DNA of 64,000 nucleotides from Acidobacteriota bacterium (GCA_025354885.1 JANXLY010000172.1:14564-78563), one strand, 5' to 3'; shown: positions 9,755 to 19,658, counted from the stretch's first letter. Made by a program: numbers and translations. Notes: generated by a model from the sequence alone, not told the origin.

Positions 9755-10174
9755 TTAGCGGGGATAGGGGTGCCCGCGCAGAGTTGCGAAAGCGCGATAG
9801 ATCTGTTCGGCCAGCATGGCTCGAGCCAGTTCATGCGGAAAAGTCATCGCAGAGAGCGATAACAGAAGGTCGGCGCGCGGTTTCCAAAGGGGTGGCAGGC
9901 CATCGTGACCACCGATTAAAAAGACCACATCCCGGCCTAAACGTTCGCCTTCAGACAGGAAATCAATCAAGCGGGGGGAATCCCAAGTCTTTCCGGCCGG
10001 GTCGAGGAACACCTTATGGGCCGAGGGAAAGCGGGCGAAAATGTCGTAGCGCTCGGGGTTGATTTCCCGCATGGCAACTGTGGTCCAGCGGCCAGTACGC
10101 TTGAGGAATTCTTCGGCGATGGCATTCGAATGTTCATCCCGGGCTTTGCCAATGTAGAGCAGATCAATGCGCAT
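9755..10174 (-). CDS. rlmH: 23S rRNA pseudouridine-1915 N3-methyltransferase
   Basis: FLIGGHDG, LSAMTFPHELAR, EQIYRAF...GHPY. Confidence 0.95.
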   Translation of the reverse strand: MRIDLLYIGKARDEHSNAIAEEFLKRTGRWTTVAMREINPERYDIFARFPSAHKVFLDPAGKTWDSPRLIDFLSEGERLGRDVVFLIGGHDGLPPLWKPRADLLLSLSAMTFPHELARAMLAEQIYRAFATLRGHPYPR

Positions 10175-10200
10175 GGTCGATACTATAGATATTCCCGCAC

Positions 10201-11826
10201 ATGTCACTGGAACTTAGTATCCGAATGCAGGACGGCGCAACGCGCACTGTCCCTCTCCTTGAAACAAGCGTTGGTCTTGGCCGCGCCACGACCAATGAAC
10301 TTTGCTACCCGGAAGATTTTGGACTCTCGCGGCAACACCTCATATTTGAGAAGTCACACGGGCAGTGGTCGATTCGCGATCTCGGCAGCAAGAACGGCAC
10401 CGTCGTCAACGGGTTTCGAATTACAGCGTCAACCCCTCTGAGCGAAGGCGACGTCATTAATGCAGGTCACCTGCAGATCACCTTTGCGGGACAGGACGAC
10501 CCGGAAACGATGAGCCAGACGGTGATGTTCGTTGAGCATCCCGACGTGGAGTCGGCGCCAAGCAACACCGTTGTCTCCAGCCTGAAGGATTTCAATCCGG
10601 TGCAGTCGATGTCGAACGAACGCCATGCGACGGCTTTGGTGCGGGCGGGACGGGAACTGGCCGGGCATCGCCCGCTCAGCGAACTGTTTCAGTTGATTCT
10701 CGATTTGTCGGTAGAAGCAGTTGGCGGCTCCAGGGGAGTTTTGATGACTCTCGAGGGCGATGATCTGATGCCAAGAGCCAACCGTGGCGAAGGCTTTCGC
10801 ATCTCAAAGACGGTGCGAGATCAGGTACTGCGCGACAAGAACTCGCTGCTGGTACGCGACACGGCCATGGATGAGATGTTCAAGCTTCAGGCGAGTATCG
10901 TAATGCAGAGGGTACGCAGCTTTATGGCTGTGCCGCTGCAGACGAACGAAAAAGTAATCGGGCTTCTGTATATTGATATGCCCGACATCACGCGCGAGTT
11001 TTCAAGAGAAGATCTGAGCCTGTTGACCGTGATGTCCAACGTCGCGGCGATCCGCATTGAGCACGCCCGCCTCAACGAAGTGGAGCAAGTGGAGCGGATG
11101 ATGTCGAAGGAACTGTCGCAGGCCGGCGAAATACAGCGTGGGCTCCTTCCTACGAAAGCGCCCAAAGTGCCCGGGATGGATCTGGCCGGCTACAACCTGC
11201 CTTGCAACACCGTTGGCGGAGACTATTTTGACTACTTTGCATTGTCCGGCGGCAAGATCGCGATCGTCGTTGGTGACGTAGCCGGCAAGGGCATGCCGGC
11301 AGCCATGTTGATGTCGAGCCTGCAGGCTCGCTTGCAGATTCTGGTGGAAACGGACGATCATCCGGCTACAATTGTGGCCCGCCTGAACAAGAGCATCTCG
11401 GGTAACTGCCCTGAGAACCGATTTATCACTTTCTTTCTCGCGATCATCGATCCGGCAAGCGGCGAAATTCAGTATTGCAATGCCGGGCACAATCCGCCAC
11501 TGCTGGTTCGGGCGAGCGGCTTGACTGACAAGCTTGAGGGTGGCGGAATTATCCTGGGCATATTGCCCTTCGCACAGTACACGGAGCACACGGCAGAGAT
11601 TCGATCTGGAGACACACTCGTGCTCTATAGCGACGGCGTGAGCGAGGCGATGCCGAGCGGAATCGACGAGGAATTCGGTGAGATGCGGATCTCGATGTCG
11701 ATCCTGAACCGGACAAGCCTCAGCTCCAACCAGATGATCGAAGGGGTAATCGAGGACTTGCAGCAATGGTGCTCTGGCGCGCCATATGCGGACGACGTCA
11801 CCCTGTTAATCGTCAAAAAGTTGTAG
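10201..11826 (+). CDS. FHA-GAF-SpoIIE/PP2C protein phosphatase
   Basis: FHA (LGR...SRQH...DLGSKNGT), GAF, PP2C motifs (GGDYFD, DVAGKG, NAGH, SDG, DDVT). Confidence 0.93.
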   Translation: MSLELSIRMQDGATRTVPLLETSVGLGRATTNELCYPEDFGLSRQHLIFEKSHGQWSIRDLGSKNGTVVNGFRITASTPLSEGDVINAGHLQITFAGQDDPETMSQTVMFVEHPDVESAPSNTVVSSLKDFNPVQSMSNERHATALVRAGRELAGHRPLSELFQLILDLSVEAVGGSRGVLMTLEGDDLMPRANRGEGFRISKTVRDQVLRDKNSLLVRDTAMDEMFKLQASIVMQRVRSFMAVPLQTNEKVIGLLYIDMPDITREFSREDLSLLTVMSNVAAIRIEHARLNEVEQVERMMSKELSQAGEIQRGLLPTKAPKVPGMDLAGYNLPCNTVGGDYFDYFALSGGKIAIVVGDVAGKGMPAAMLMSSLQARLQILVETDDHPATIVARLNKSISGNCPENRFITFFLAIIDPASGEIQYCNAGHNPPLLVRASGLTDKLEGGGIILGILPFAQYTEHTAEIRSGDTLVLYSDGVSEAMPSGIDEEFGEMRISMSILNRTSLSSNQMIEGVIEDLQQWCSGAPYADDVTLLIVKKL

Positions 11827-11848
11827 AATCCGTTAGGGGATGAATTGA

Positions 11849-12595
11849 ATGTACTCATACGGGGTGAGTGTTTTCTTTCCTGCGTACAACGACGCGCCAT
11901 CATTGCCGACGTTGATCGGGAAGACATTTGCCGTACTCGAAGAGCAGGTAGCTGACTTTGAAGTCATTGTCGTCAACGACGGCAGTGCGGACAACACTGC
12001 AGAAGTGTTGCGGAATCTTGCAGATCAATATGGGCCACGGATGCGTATAGTCACTCACGAAGTGAACCGTGGTTATGGCGGTGCATTGCGCAGTGGGTTT
12101 GAGGCCGCGACCAAAGAGTTTGTTTTCTATACGGATGGGGATGGCCAGTACGATGTGGGAGAACTGCCGAAGCTGCTGGCCCTGATGACGGCGAATGTTT
12201 CCTTTGTGAACGGCTACAAAATCGAACGGAATGACCCGTGGCACCGGATCTGGATTGGGAAGACCTACAATCAGTTTGCTCGACTGATGTTCCATGTGAG
12301 TCTGCGGGATATTGACTGTGATTTCCGGCTGATCCGGCGCAGTCTGTTGGATCTGATCCATCTGGAATCGACATCTGGAACGGTTTGCGTGGAACTGGTG
12401 CGCAAGCTGGAACTGTGCGGCATGCAAGTGGAAGAGGTGGGCGTGCATCACTATCCACGCATCCACGGCAAGAGCCAGTTCTTTCGCGTGAAGAGCCTCG
12501 CGACAACCTTCTACCAACTGTTTCGGCTTTGGTGCTGGCTGTTGTTGCTCCCCCGGCTTGGGCTAAAGCGGGCTAATGCGCATTCCAATAGTTAA
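11849..12595 (+). CDS. GT2 glycosyltransferase (polyprenol-phosphate sugar transferase, ArnC/DPM-like)
   Basis: PAYN, VVNDGSADNT, NRGYGGA, DGDGQY, DIDCDFRL. Confidence 0.9.
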   Translation: MYSYGVSVFFPAYNDAPSLPTLIGKTFAVLEEQVADFEVIVVNDGSADNTAEVLRNLADQYGPRMRIVTHEVNRGYGGALRSGFEAATKEFVFYTDGDGQYDVGELPKLLALMTANVSFVNGYKIERNDPWHRIWIGKTYNQFARLMFHVSLRDIDCDFRLIRRSLLDLIHLESTSGTVCVELVRKLELCGMQVEEVGVHHYPRIHGKSQFFRVKSLATTFYQLFRLWCWLLLLPRLGLKRANAHSNS

Positions 12596-13682
12596 TCTGA
12601 AGCCATCGCTTGCAGAGACGCGTGTTGAGTGGGAGCGAAATCTTGCTGGACTCATGGAGCGCGGCTTTTTCATTCTGGGTCCGGAACTGGCGCGCTTTGA
12701 AGAAGAACTGGCTCGAACTCTCTGTGCTGGATTCGCGATCGGGGTGAGTTCCGGTTCGACGGCCATCGAAGTTTGCCTGCGCGATGCAGGCATCACAGAG
12801 GGCAAACAGGAAGTGATCACTTCTGCGATGACGGCTCCATTTACAGGTGTATCGATTGCCGCTGCCGGAGCAACGCCGCGTTTTGCCGACATCGATCCCG
12901 AGACGCTTCAGGTGGACGCCAATGATCTTGGCAACCGCATCGGAAAGAAGACGGCGGCGCTGTTGCCGGTGCATCTTTATGGGCAGCCCTGCGACATTGG
13001 GAGGATCGCCAGGATCGCGAAGGCCAGCCGGCTGAAGCTGATTCAGGACGCGTGTCAATCGCATGGGGCGATGCCTTTTACGAAATACGGCGACTATGTT
13101 GCACTCAGCTTCTACCCGACCAAGAACCTGGGCTGCCTGGGGGATGGCGGGGCGATTTTGACGGATAAGCCCGCAGTTGCCAAGCGGTTGCGGCAGATCC
13201 GTGACGGAGGCCGCGGGAGTGGTGGGTTGCCGAGGAACCAGATCGCTTTTGTAAAGGGCATCAACGCCCGGCTCGATGAATTGCAGTGTTGCTATCTGAA
13301 CGCATTTCTGCCGCAACTGCATCGCTGGAATGCGCAGAGGCGCCAGTTGGCGCGGGTCTATGACGAGATGCTGGGTGGCGCAAAAGGCATTCAAGTGCTG
13401 CGGCGCAGCCCGGAAAGTGTTTGCCATCTCTATGTGATTCGTGCGGAACGCAGAGACAAGCTGCGCGACTATCTCACCAAGCTGGGAATCGGGACGGGAA
13501 TTCATTATCCAGTTCCGCTGCACCTGCACCCGGCCTTTGCTGCAGCCAAGCAGAAGAAGGGTGATTTGCCGCATGCTGAAAAGGCAGCGAGGGAAATCCT
13601 TTCTCTCCCTTTGTGGCCGCAACTGCCCGAACAGCAGGTACGCGAAGTGGCAGAAGCGGTGCTCCGCTTTTATGATTCCTGA
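12576..13682 (+). CDS. DegT/DnrJ/EryC1/StrS PLP aminotransferase
   Basis: PVHLYGQ, DACQSHG, SFYPTKNLGCLGDGG. Confidence 0.95.
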   Translation: MRIPIVNLKPSLAETRVEWERNLAGLMERGFFILGPELARFEEELARTLCAGFAIGVSSGSTAIEVCLRDAGITEGKQEVITSAMTAPFTGVSIAAAGATPRFADIDPETLQVDANDLGNRIGKKTAALLPVHLYGQPCDIGRIARIAKASRLKLIQDACQSHGAMPFTKYGDYVALSFYPTKNLGCLGDGGAILTDKPAVAKRLRQIRDGGRGSGGLPRNQIAFVKGINARLDELQCCYLNAFLPQLHRWNAQRRQLARVYDEMLGGAKGIQVLRRSPESVCHLYVIRAERRDKLRDYLTKLGIGTGIHYPVPLHLHPAFAAAKQKKGDLPHAEKAAREILSLPLWPQLPEQQVREVAEAVLRFYDS

Positions 13683-14735
13683 GTGAATATGGATCTGACC
13701 AAGTACCAAGACCGACCGGTTCTAGTCACTGGAGGACTGGGCTTTATCGGCAGCAATCTTGCATTGCGCCTGGCGAGTCTCGGGGCAAAAGTGACAGTTG
13801 TCGATTCGTTAATCCCTGGATGCGGGGCAAATCGATTCAACCTTGCGGGAGCGGATATTGAGCTCATCGAAACGGATCTGAGTGAGCCCGCAGCGCTTGA
13901 GACATCGATTGCCAAAGCAAGTGTGATCTTCAACCTTGCGGGAGAAATCAGCCATATCCATTCGATGGAATATCCAGAACGTGATCTGCAGATCAACACG
14001 CTGTCGCAGTTGCGATTTCTTGATGCCTGCCGCCGAATGAATCGCGGTGTCCGGGTGATCTATGCCGGTACACGCCAAGTGTTTGGTCGTCCCCGCTATC
14101 TGCCAGTCAACGAAGAACATCCGATCCGACCGGTTGATTTCAACGGCGTTCACAAATACGCAGCCACGATGTATCACCTGATGATGAGCGACCTTGGGGA
14201 CCTGGACGCGATCGTGCTTCGGCTGACCAATGTTTACGGGCCCCGGATGAGCTTGAATGTGACGGGCCAGGGCTTTTTGGGAGTCTTCTTCCGAAAGGCA
14301 TTACTGGGAGAATCGATCACTGTTTTTGGCGAAGGTGAACAAATGCGCGATCCAGTCTACGTGGATGATGTGGTCGACGCTTTTTTACTCGCAGGCCTGG
14401 CACCGGTAGCTGAGAATCGCGAATGTAATATCGGTGGGCGCGAAGCGCTCTCGCTGCGGCAGATTGCTATGGAGATCGGTGGAAAGGTGGAGCAGATACC
14501 CTTTCCGAGTCACCTGCAGTCGATTGATATCGGCAGCTATTACACAGATTCCCGTCGTGCGAAAGAGATGCTCGGATGGGAGGCAAAGACTACGCTGGCT
14601 GAGGGAGCTGCGAAAACGCTGGCCTTCTATCGAGAGCACTTCAGCGAGTACCTCAACCCGGACGAGAAACTGAGGCGGGAATTGCCTGAGCATGCGGGGA
14701 TCCGGCGGCGCCTTGAGTTCAAGGCGATTCCATGA
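13683..14735 (+). CDS. NAD-dependent epimerase/dehydratase
   Basis: TGGLGFIG, LRLTNVYGPR, RDPVYVDD. Confidence 0.93.
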   Translation: MNMDLTKYQDRPVLVTGGLGFIGSNLALRLASLGAKVTVVDSLIPGCGANRFNLAGADIELIETDLSEPAALETSIAKASVIFNLAGEISHIHSMEYPERDLQINTLSQLRFLDACRRMNRGVRVIYAGTRQVFGRPRYLPVNEEHPIRPVDFNGVHKYAATMYHLMMSDLGDLDAIVLRLTNVYGPRMSLNVTGQGFLGVFFRKALLGESITVFGEGEQMRDPVYVDDVVDAFLLAGLAPVAENRECNIGGREALSLRQIAMEIGGKVEQIPFPSHLQSIDIGSYYTDSRRAKEMLGWEAKTTLAEGAAKTLAFYREHFSEYLNPDEKLRRELPEHAGIRRRLEFKAIP

Positions 14736-15478
14736 ACCCGGCGGAATTTCAAAACATAGCTCGTGCCGAAGAACAGATGTGGTGGTTTGCGGGGATGCGC
14801 AAGATCCTCGATGCCTGGATTTCAAAGCTACCCAATGATCGTTTTGAGCGCGTACTTGAGGGCGGTTGCGGCACGGGGTTCATGTCCACCTGGCTCGCAC
14901 AACGATATGGTTGGCGAATGTTCCCGGTAGATCTTGATTTCGCGGGACTCTCGTTTGGCAAGCAGTTGGGAGTGCCGAGGATGACGCAGTCGGACATCGC
15001 GCGGCTTCCCTTTGCAAAGGAATGCTTTGATGCAGTTGTGAGCCTCGATGTGCTGGTACATTTTCCGAGAGGGGGAGAGGCGGTTGCTTTGCGCGAATTC
15101 CATCGCGTGATACGGCCTGGCGGTAGACTCATTTTGCGGGTTTCTGCGCTCGACATCCTGAGGAGCAGGCACTCGATTTTTGCCCACGAGCGGCAGCGTT
15201 TTACGCGGAAACGGATTCAAGATTCGGTGCGCGAAGCCGGGTTCAGGGTAGATGATTGTTCTTATGCAAATTCGCTGTTGTTGCCGGTGGCATTATTCAA
15301 GTTTCGTGTTTGGGAAGAGTTGACGCGGCAGGAGGCGAAGAGCGGGGTGGCAGTGCCAGCGGCTCCGTTGAATTCTTTGCTGCAAGGCGTATTGGGGCTG
15401 GAGGCGGCCTGGCTTCGTCTGGGAGGCCACTTTCCATTGGGACAAAGCATCCTAGTATTGGCTACTAAGGAGTCCTAA
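14732..15478 (+). CDS. Class I SAM-dependent methyltransferase
   Basis: VLEGGCGTG, FDAVVSLDVLVH, RVIRPGG. Confidence 0.92.
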   Translation: MNPAEFQNIARAEEQMWWFAGMRKILDAWISKLPNDRFERVLEGGCGTGFMSTWLAQRYGWRMFPVDLDFAGLSFGKQLGVPRMTQSDIARLPFAKECFDAVVSLDVLVHFPRGGEAVALREFHRVIRPGGRLILRVSALDILRSRHSIFAHERQRFTRKRIQDSVREAGFRVDDCSYANSLLLPVALFKFRVWEELTRQEAKSGVAVPAAPLNSLLQGVLGLEAAWLRLGGHFPLGQSILVLATKES

Positions 15479-15491
15479 GTAAGATTCCCCC

Positions 15492-15519
15492 TAAAGGGGA
15501 CTAGGAAAAACGCCGATTC
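15492..15519 (+). promoter_or_regulatory. Putative sigma28 (FliA)-type promoter, TAAA-N16-GCCGATTC
   Basis: Close to consensus TAAA-N15-GCCGATAA; about 50 bp upstream of cpaB; the -35 element sits in the loop of TCCCC-ctaaa-GGGGA. Confidence 0.5.
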
Positions 15520-15568
15520 ATGAGGGAGTGCGTGTGTATCTCCTTAGATTGCGCGGCGCAAAGCCTAT

Positions 15569-16816
15569 ATGAAAAAAAACGTAGTTCCTCTTGTAGTGAT
15601 CGCGCTTGTGGTCGCCGTTCTGTCAACTGGTGTGTTTTACGGGTTGATCGTGAGCCGGATGGATGGATCTTCTCCCGCTGCTGCCACGTTGCGTTTTGTT
15701 GCTGCTGCAGATCTGGAAAAAGGCCGGGTGCTGAAGGCTGAAGATTTCAGGCTTGGACCGGCGGCTGACCCTGGAATGCCCAGCCCGGCGAAGCCGGAGG
15801 ACCTGCTGGGAAGAACAGTGAAGGACAAGGTGGAGGCAGGCAAAGTAATTACGGAGAGTGCGCTATCGAGTTTTTCGCAACGCGGGCTGCCCTCCGGAAT
15901 TCCTGATGGAATGCGTGCGGTAACGGTGCACATTTCTGATTCTTCGAGCGTGGTGCAATTGCTCAGCCCCGGAGACCGGGTGGATGTGCAGGCGCTCATC
16001 AGCCGGAACCGCAACGGCGAGACCGATGTGGAGTTGCGCACACTGTTGCAGAACGCGACCGTCTACAACGTTTCTGCAGAGGCGAATTCGAATATGCAGG
16101 GACGAGCGGTGCTTACGCTGTTGAGTTCACCTCAAGTGGCAGAACGCCTGGGTGTGGCCGATGCTGGAGCGCGCTTGCGCGTGATACTGCGGAATCAGGC
16201 GGATCAGAAGCAAGTGCCGCTGTCAACAGTGTCGTTGCTCAATCTGGGTGCTGCTCCGAAGCCTGTTGTGACCAGTAACTTTATTGCGGCTGCACCGTTG
16301 AGCCGAGTGCTCGCGCATGCAGTGGAACTGGAAGTGAGTCTGATCGAAGTATCGGCCGATCAGATGGCAACGCTTGCCCCCGGGTTCAGGAATGACACGC
16401 TCCATGTTTCAAGTTCTGCCAGTCAACAGGATGTGCAAGGAAAAATCGAAGAGCTGAAGCGAAACCAGAAGGCAACATTGCTTGCGTCTTCGCGGCTTAC
16501 AGCAGACCGATCAGGAGAGTTTTCGTGGAAGGCATCCGAGCTTGCTTCGATGCGTGTCCGAATCGAGCCCCTGGCGAATTCCGTTGAGGGCGGAGCGAAT
16601 TTACGAATCCAGCCGGAGACGATTTTAGGGCTTTCTGGAACTTCGGCCACAAAGCGCGTTGATTCCAGCATTCAGTTGGGTTTGCATCAGGCAGCCATTG
16701 TGGGAGGCTTACTACCTGCACTCGAAGCAGCTCAATTGCGCGAAAAATTAGCACCGGGAAGCAAGTCCAGTGGCGGTGAACTGCTGCTGATCATTGCACC
16801 CGTTTCGAAGAAATAG
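15569..16816 (+). CDS. cpaB: Flp pilus assembly protein CpaB with a C-terminal secretin-like extension
   Basis: N-terminal TM, SAF domain, GMRAVTV...PGDRVDV...TLLQN, then about 165 extra residues resembling a secretin. Confidence 0.88.
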   Translation: MKKNVVPLVVIALVVAVLSTGVFYGLIVSRMDGSSPAAATLRFVAAADLEKGRVLKAEDFRLGPAADPGMPSPAKPEDLLGRTVKDKVEAGKVITESALSSFSQRGLPSGIPDGMRAVTVHISDSSSVVQLLSPGDRVDVQALISRNRNGETDVELRTLLQNATVYNVSAEANSNMQGRAVLTLLSSPQVAERLGVADAGARLRVILRNQADQKQVPLSTVSLLNLGAAPKPVVTSNFIAAAPLSRVLAHAVELEVSLIEVSADQMATLAPGFRNDTLHVSSSASQQDVQGKIEELKRNQKATLLASSRLTADRSGEFSWKASELASMRVRIEPLANSVEGGANLRIQPETILGLSGTSATKRVDSSIQLGLHQAAIVGGLLPALEAAQLREKLAPGSKSSGGELLLIIAPVSKK

Positions 16817-16824
16817 CACCCGAT

Positions 16825-17790
16825 ATGTCGCCAGCGCTGCTACTTCTGTTCATCTTCGCGGCAACCTTTGCCCTGGTGGGGCTGGGCCTCTATTTTGCAG
16901 CGAACTGGCTGAAGCTGAGTGCTGTAGCGGGCAGCGGAGTTGAAGCTACGAGCGCAATCGATGAAATTGATGGCCCAATTCTGTTGCGGACTGCGAACGT
17001 TTCAAGCATTACGTTCTGGGCGGCGCTTCTTGAACGATTTCGATTTGTACCGAAGCTGAGACGACAAATCGCCGAGGCAGGGCTGAACTGGTCTGTAGGG
17101 CGCTTCACCTCGATGATGCTACTTGCCGGGGCTTCGACAGGGGTAGTGTTATCTAGAATTGCCTGGCTGCCCGGTCTTGGCATGGTGGGGGGCGCTGTGC
17201 TCGCGACGGTGATTCCATTTTTTTACGTCAGCAGCAAGCGGAGCAAACGCTTCGACCTGTTTGAACAGAACTTCCCGGATGCACTGGATTCGTTGGGGCG
17301 GGCGATGCGGGCTGGACATGCGTTGGCTGCGGGGATGGAGATGGTGGCGTTTGAAGCGGCACACCCGGTGAACGGTGAATTCCGTAAAGTTCTCGAAGAG
17401 TGGCGGCTGGGCCGGAGCTGGGACGAGGCGCTCGATCATCTTGTTCAGCGGGTCCCGCTAGTGAGCGTAAGCTTGTTTGTGGCGGCAGTGAGGATGCAAA
17501 GCCGGACGGGCGGCAAGTTGCATGAGATCCTGGGCCGAATTTCAGAAGGGGTACGGGACTCGACGGCTCTCGATGGAGAAATCCGGGCCATCAGTGCGCA
17601 CGGCAAGCTCACAGGACTGATATTGACCATTTTGCCATTGGGCATCGCGCTGATGCTGAACTGGACAGCCCCGGGCTATCTGGATATTCTTCGCGACCAT
17701 CCAATTGGCAAATATCTGATTCTCCTGGCAATCACCTTTCTGATCACGGCCCACTTTGTGATGCGTAAAATTCTGGACATCAGGATCTGA
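16825..17790 (+). CDS. tadB: Tad pilus inner-membrane platform TadB (T2SS F family)
   Basis: FPDALDSLGRAMRAGH, QSRTGGKLHEIL. Confidence 0.92.
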   Translation: MSPALLLLFIFAATFALVGLGLYFAANWLKLSAVAGSGVEATSAIDEIDGPILLRTANVSSITFWAALLERFRFVPKLRRQIAEAGLNWSVGRFTSMMLLAGASTGVVLSRIAWLPGLGMVGGAVLATVIPFFYVSSKRSKRFDLFEQNFPDALDSLGRAMRAGHALAAGMEMVAFEAAHPVNGEFRKVLEEWRLGRSWDEALDHLVQRVPLVSVSLFVAAVRMQSRTGGKLHEILGRISEGVRDSTALDGEIRAISAHGKLTGLILTILPLGIALMLNWTAPGYLDILRDHPIGKYLILLAITFLITAHFVMRKILDIRI

Positions 17791-17791
17791 T

Positions 17792-18703
17792 ATGGAAGTC
17801 ATTCTACTGGGCGGATGTTTTCTGTTTGTATTGCTCACTGTGTTGTGCGGTGGTTACTGGTTTCTCCGCGAGCCGGCTGCCGATGCAATTGCGGACAAGA
17901 GCGCGGTGAACATTTCACTGAACCAGGAGGACGGCCCGATCCGGCAGACGCTGGAGAAAATTGGCAGCATCGTGCCCACTGCAAACGATCTCGACAATCC
18001 AATTCGTGCCCGGCTGATAGTTGCAGGCTATCGGGCACCGGATGCGTTACAGGCGTTTTTTGGCATCAAGACAGTGGCTGCTCTCTCGTTTGGGTTTGGG
18101 ACCCTAATGCTCAACAGAGTTTTCGAGGCGGAAGCAGGCATCGGCGTAGTCGTATCGATTTGTCTTGCGGGCATTGGCTATCTGGCACCGGACAGGATCC
18201 TCAGTTCGATGGAAAAGAAAAGAAAGCAGCGGCTGCGGCAGGCAATGCCGGCAGCGCTGGACCTGCTGGTGCTGAGCCTTGAAGCGGGCCAGGGCCTGGA
18301 CAGCTCCCTGCTCGATACGAGCAAAGAGCTGAAACGTGTCTATCCCGATCTGAGCGAGGAGCTGGCGCTAACACACCTGGAAATGAGGGCGGGCCAATCG
18401 AGGGCCGACGTGTTGACACGTCTGGCGCAACGAACCGGCGAGGCGGAAGTTAAAAAATTGACGAACCTTCTGCTCGATGGCGACCGCTTTGGAACTGCAC
18501 TTGGACCGGCACTGCGCAATCATGCGAAGTACACGAGGCTGAGACGAAGGCAACTGGCACAAGAGCAGGCGCGCAAGACGAGCGTAAAGCTGGTCTTCCC
18601 TGTCTTCTTTCTGATCTTTCCTTGCGTGCTGCTCGTGACGCTAGGCCCTGCAGTGTTGCGATTGTCAGAAGGTCTCGGAAAGATGATCAGTTCGACACCC
18701 TAG
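17792..18703 (+). CDS. tadC: Tad pilus inner-membrane platform TadC
   Basis: PAALDLLVLSLEAGQG, KLVFPVFFLIFP. Confidence 0.92.
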   Translation: MEVILLGGCFLFVLLTVLCGGYWFLREPAADAIADKSAVNISLNQEDGPIRQTLEKIGSIVPTANDLDNPIRARLIVAGYRAPDALQAFFGIKTVAALSFGFGTLMLNRVFEAEAGIGVVVSICLAGIGYLAPDRILSSMEKKRKQRLRQAMPAALDLLVLSLEAGQGLDSSLLDTSKELKRVYPDLSEELALTHLEMRAGQSRADVLTRLAQRTGEAEVKKLTNLLLDGDRFGTALGPALRNHAKYTRLRRRQLAQEQARKTSVKLVFPVFFLIFPCVLLVTLGPAVLRLSEGLGKMISSTP

Positions 18704-18707
18704 GCGA

Positions 18708-19658
18708 TTAGTTGCTCAGTTCAGAAACAATTTCTGCCGCTGCATTGCGCGCCTGCTCAATGGCTCCGACCGGAAAGCTGATGGCACCGACACGCGGGTG
18801 TCCACCGCCGCCATAGCGCTCACAAATCGAGGCAAGATTGTGGTTTACTTCTTTGGCCCAAGGGCTGGAACCAACGCTCACTTTAGTGCGAAATGTCGAC
18901 TCGCTTACAGAAACAGTATAGGTAGCTTCGGGGAAAAGATAGTAAGGCACAAATTTGTTGTAGCCTTCGATATCCTGACCAATCAGATCAAAGAAAATTA
19001 CGCCTTGCCCCGTGACGGCTTTTGCCTGTATGAGATCGATGGAGCGCAGGTGGCGCTGGTAGAGAGGATCAAAAGCAGCGGCGATTTCTGGTTGCGCCGC
19101 AATCTCGTCCAAAGTCATGGTTTGCATGCACTGGATGATGCGCTGCACGAGCTCTGAGCCCTTTACGGCCTCAATCACGAGAACCAGTTTGGTTGCAGAT
19201 GCCTTGAGCTCTACTGCATCCGTGGGGGTTGCGTATTGAGCGCCGTCGATAATGTCAGCCCACTTTACGAGTTCGTCGAGATCGGGAGCTTCATAACCGA
19301 ATTTTTCGCGGGCAATATCTCGAATGAACTTGGTGCAACTGCGATAGCCGGGATCAAAAAAGTGGAGTGGGTTGTGCGCACTGTGGAACAACTCTGAATC
19401 TTCGGTACGCAGAAAAGCGCTTTGGTGGTGGTCGAACCACCAGGTGAGTTTGGGGTTTGGCGAGAACTTGAAGTCGACAATGGCATTGACATCGCCATCA
19501 AACATAGAATCGGCAAAGAGCTGGTCTGCCGTATGCGCCATTCCCGTATAAGAATACTCGGCATCGGGATGGCGAGCCGCCTTTAGGAAACGGCTAAAAA
19601 AGGCTGCGCTGGCAGCCCCGTCAAAGCAGTGGTCGTGGTAGAGAACTCGTACTTTCAT
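18708..19658 (-). CDS. DHH/DHHA1 family phosphoesterase
   Basis: YHDHCFDG, IVDF, WFDHH, GGGH; start MKVRVLY. Confidence 0.88.
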   Translation of the reverse strand: MKVRVLYHDHCFDGAASAAFFSRFLKAARHPDAEYSYTGMAHTADQLFADSMFDGDVNAIVDFKFSPNPKLTWWFDHHQSAFLRTEDSELFHSAHNPLHFFDPGYRSCTKFIRDIAREKFGYEAPDLDELVKWADIIDGAQYATPTDAVELKASATKLVLVIEAVKGSELVQRIIQCMQTMTLDEIAAQPEIAAAFDPLYQRHLRSIDLIQAKAVTGQGVIFFDLIGQDIEGYNKFVPYYLFPEATYTVSVSESTFRTKVSVGSSPWAKEVNHNLASICERYGGGGHPRVGAISFPVGAIEQARNAAAEIVSELSN

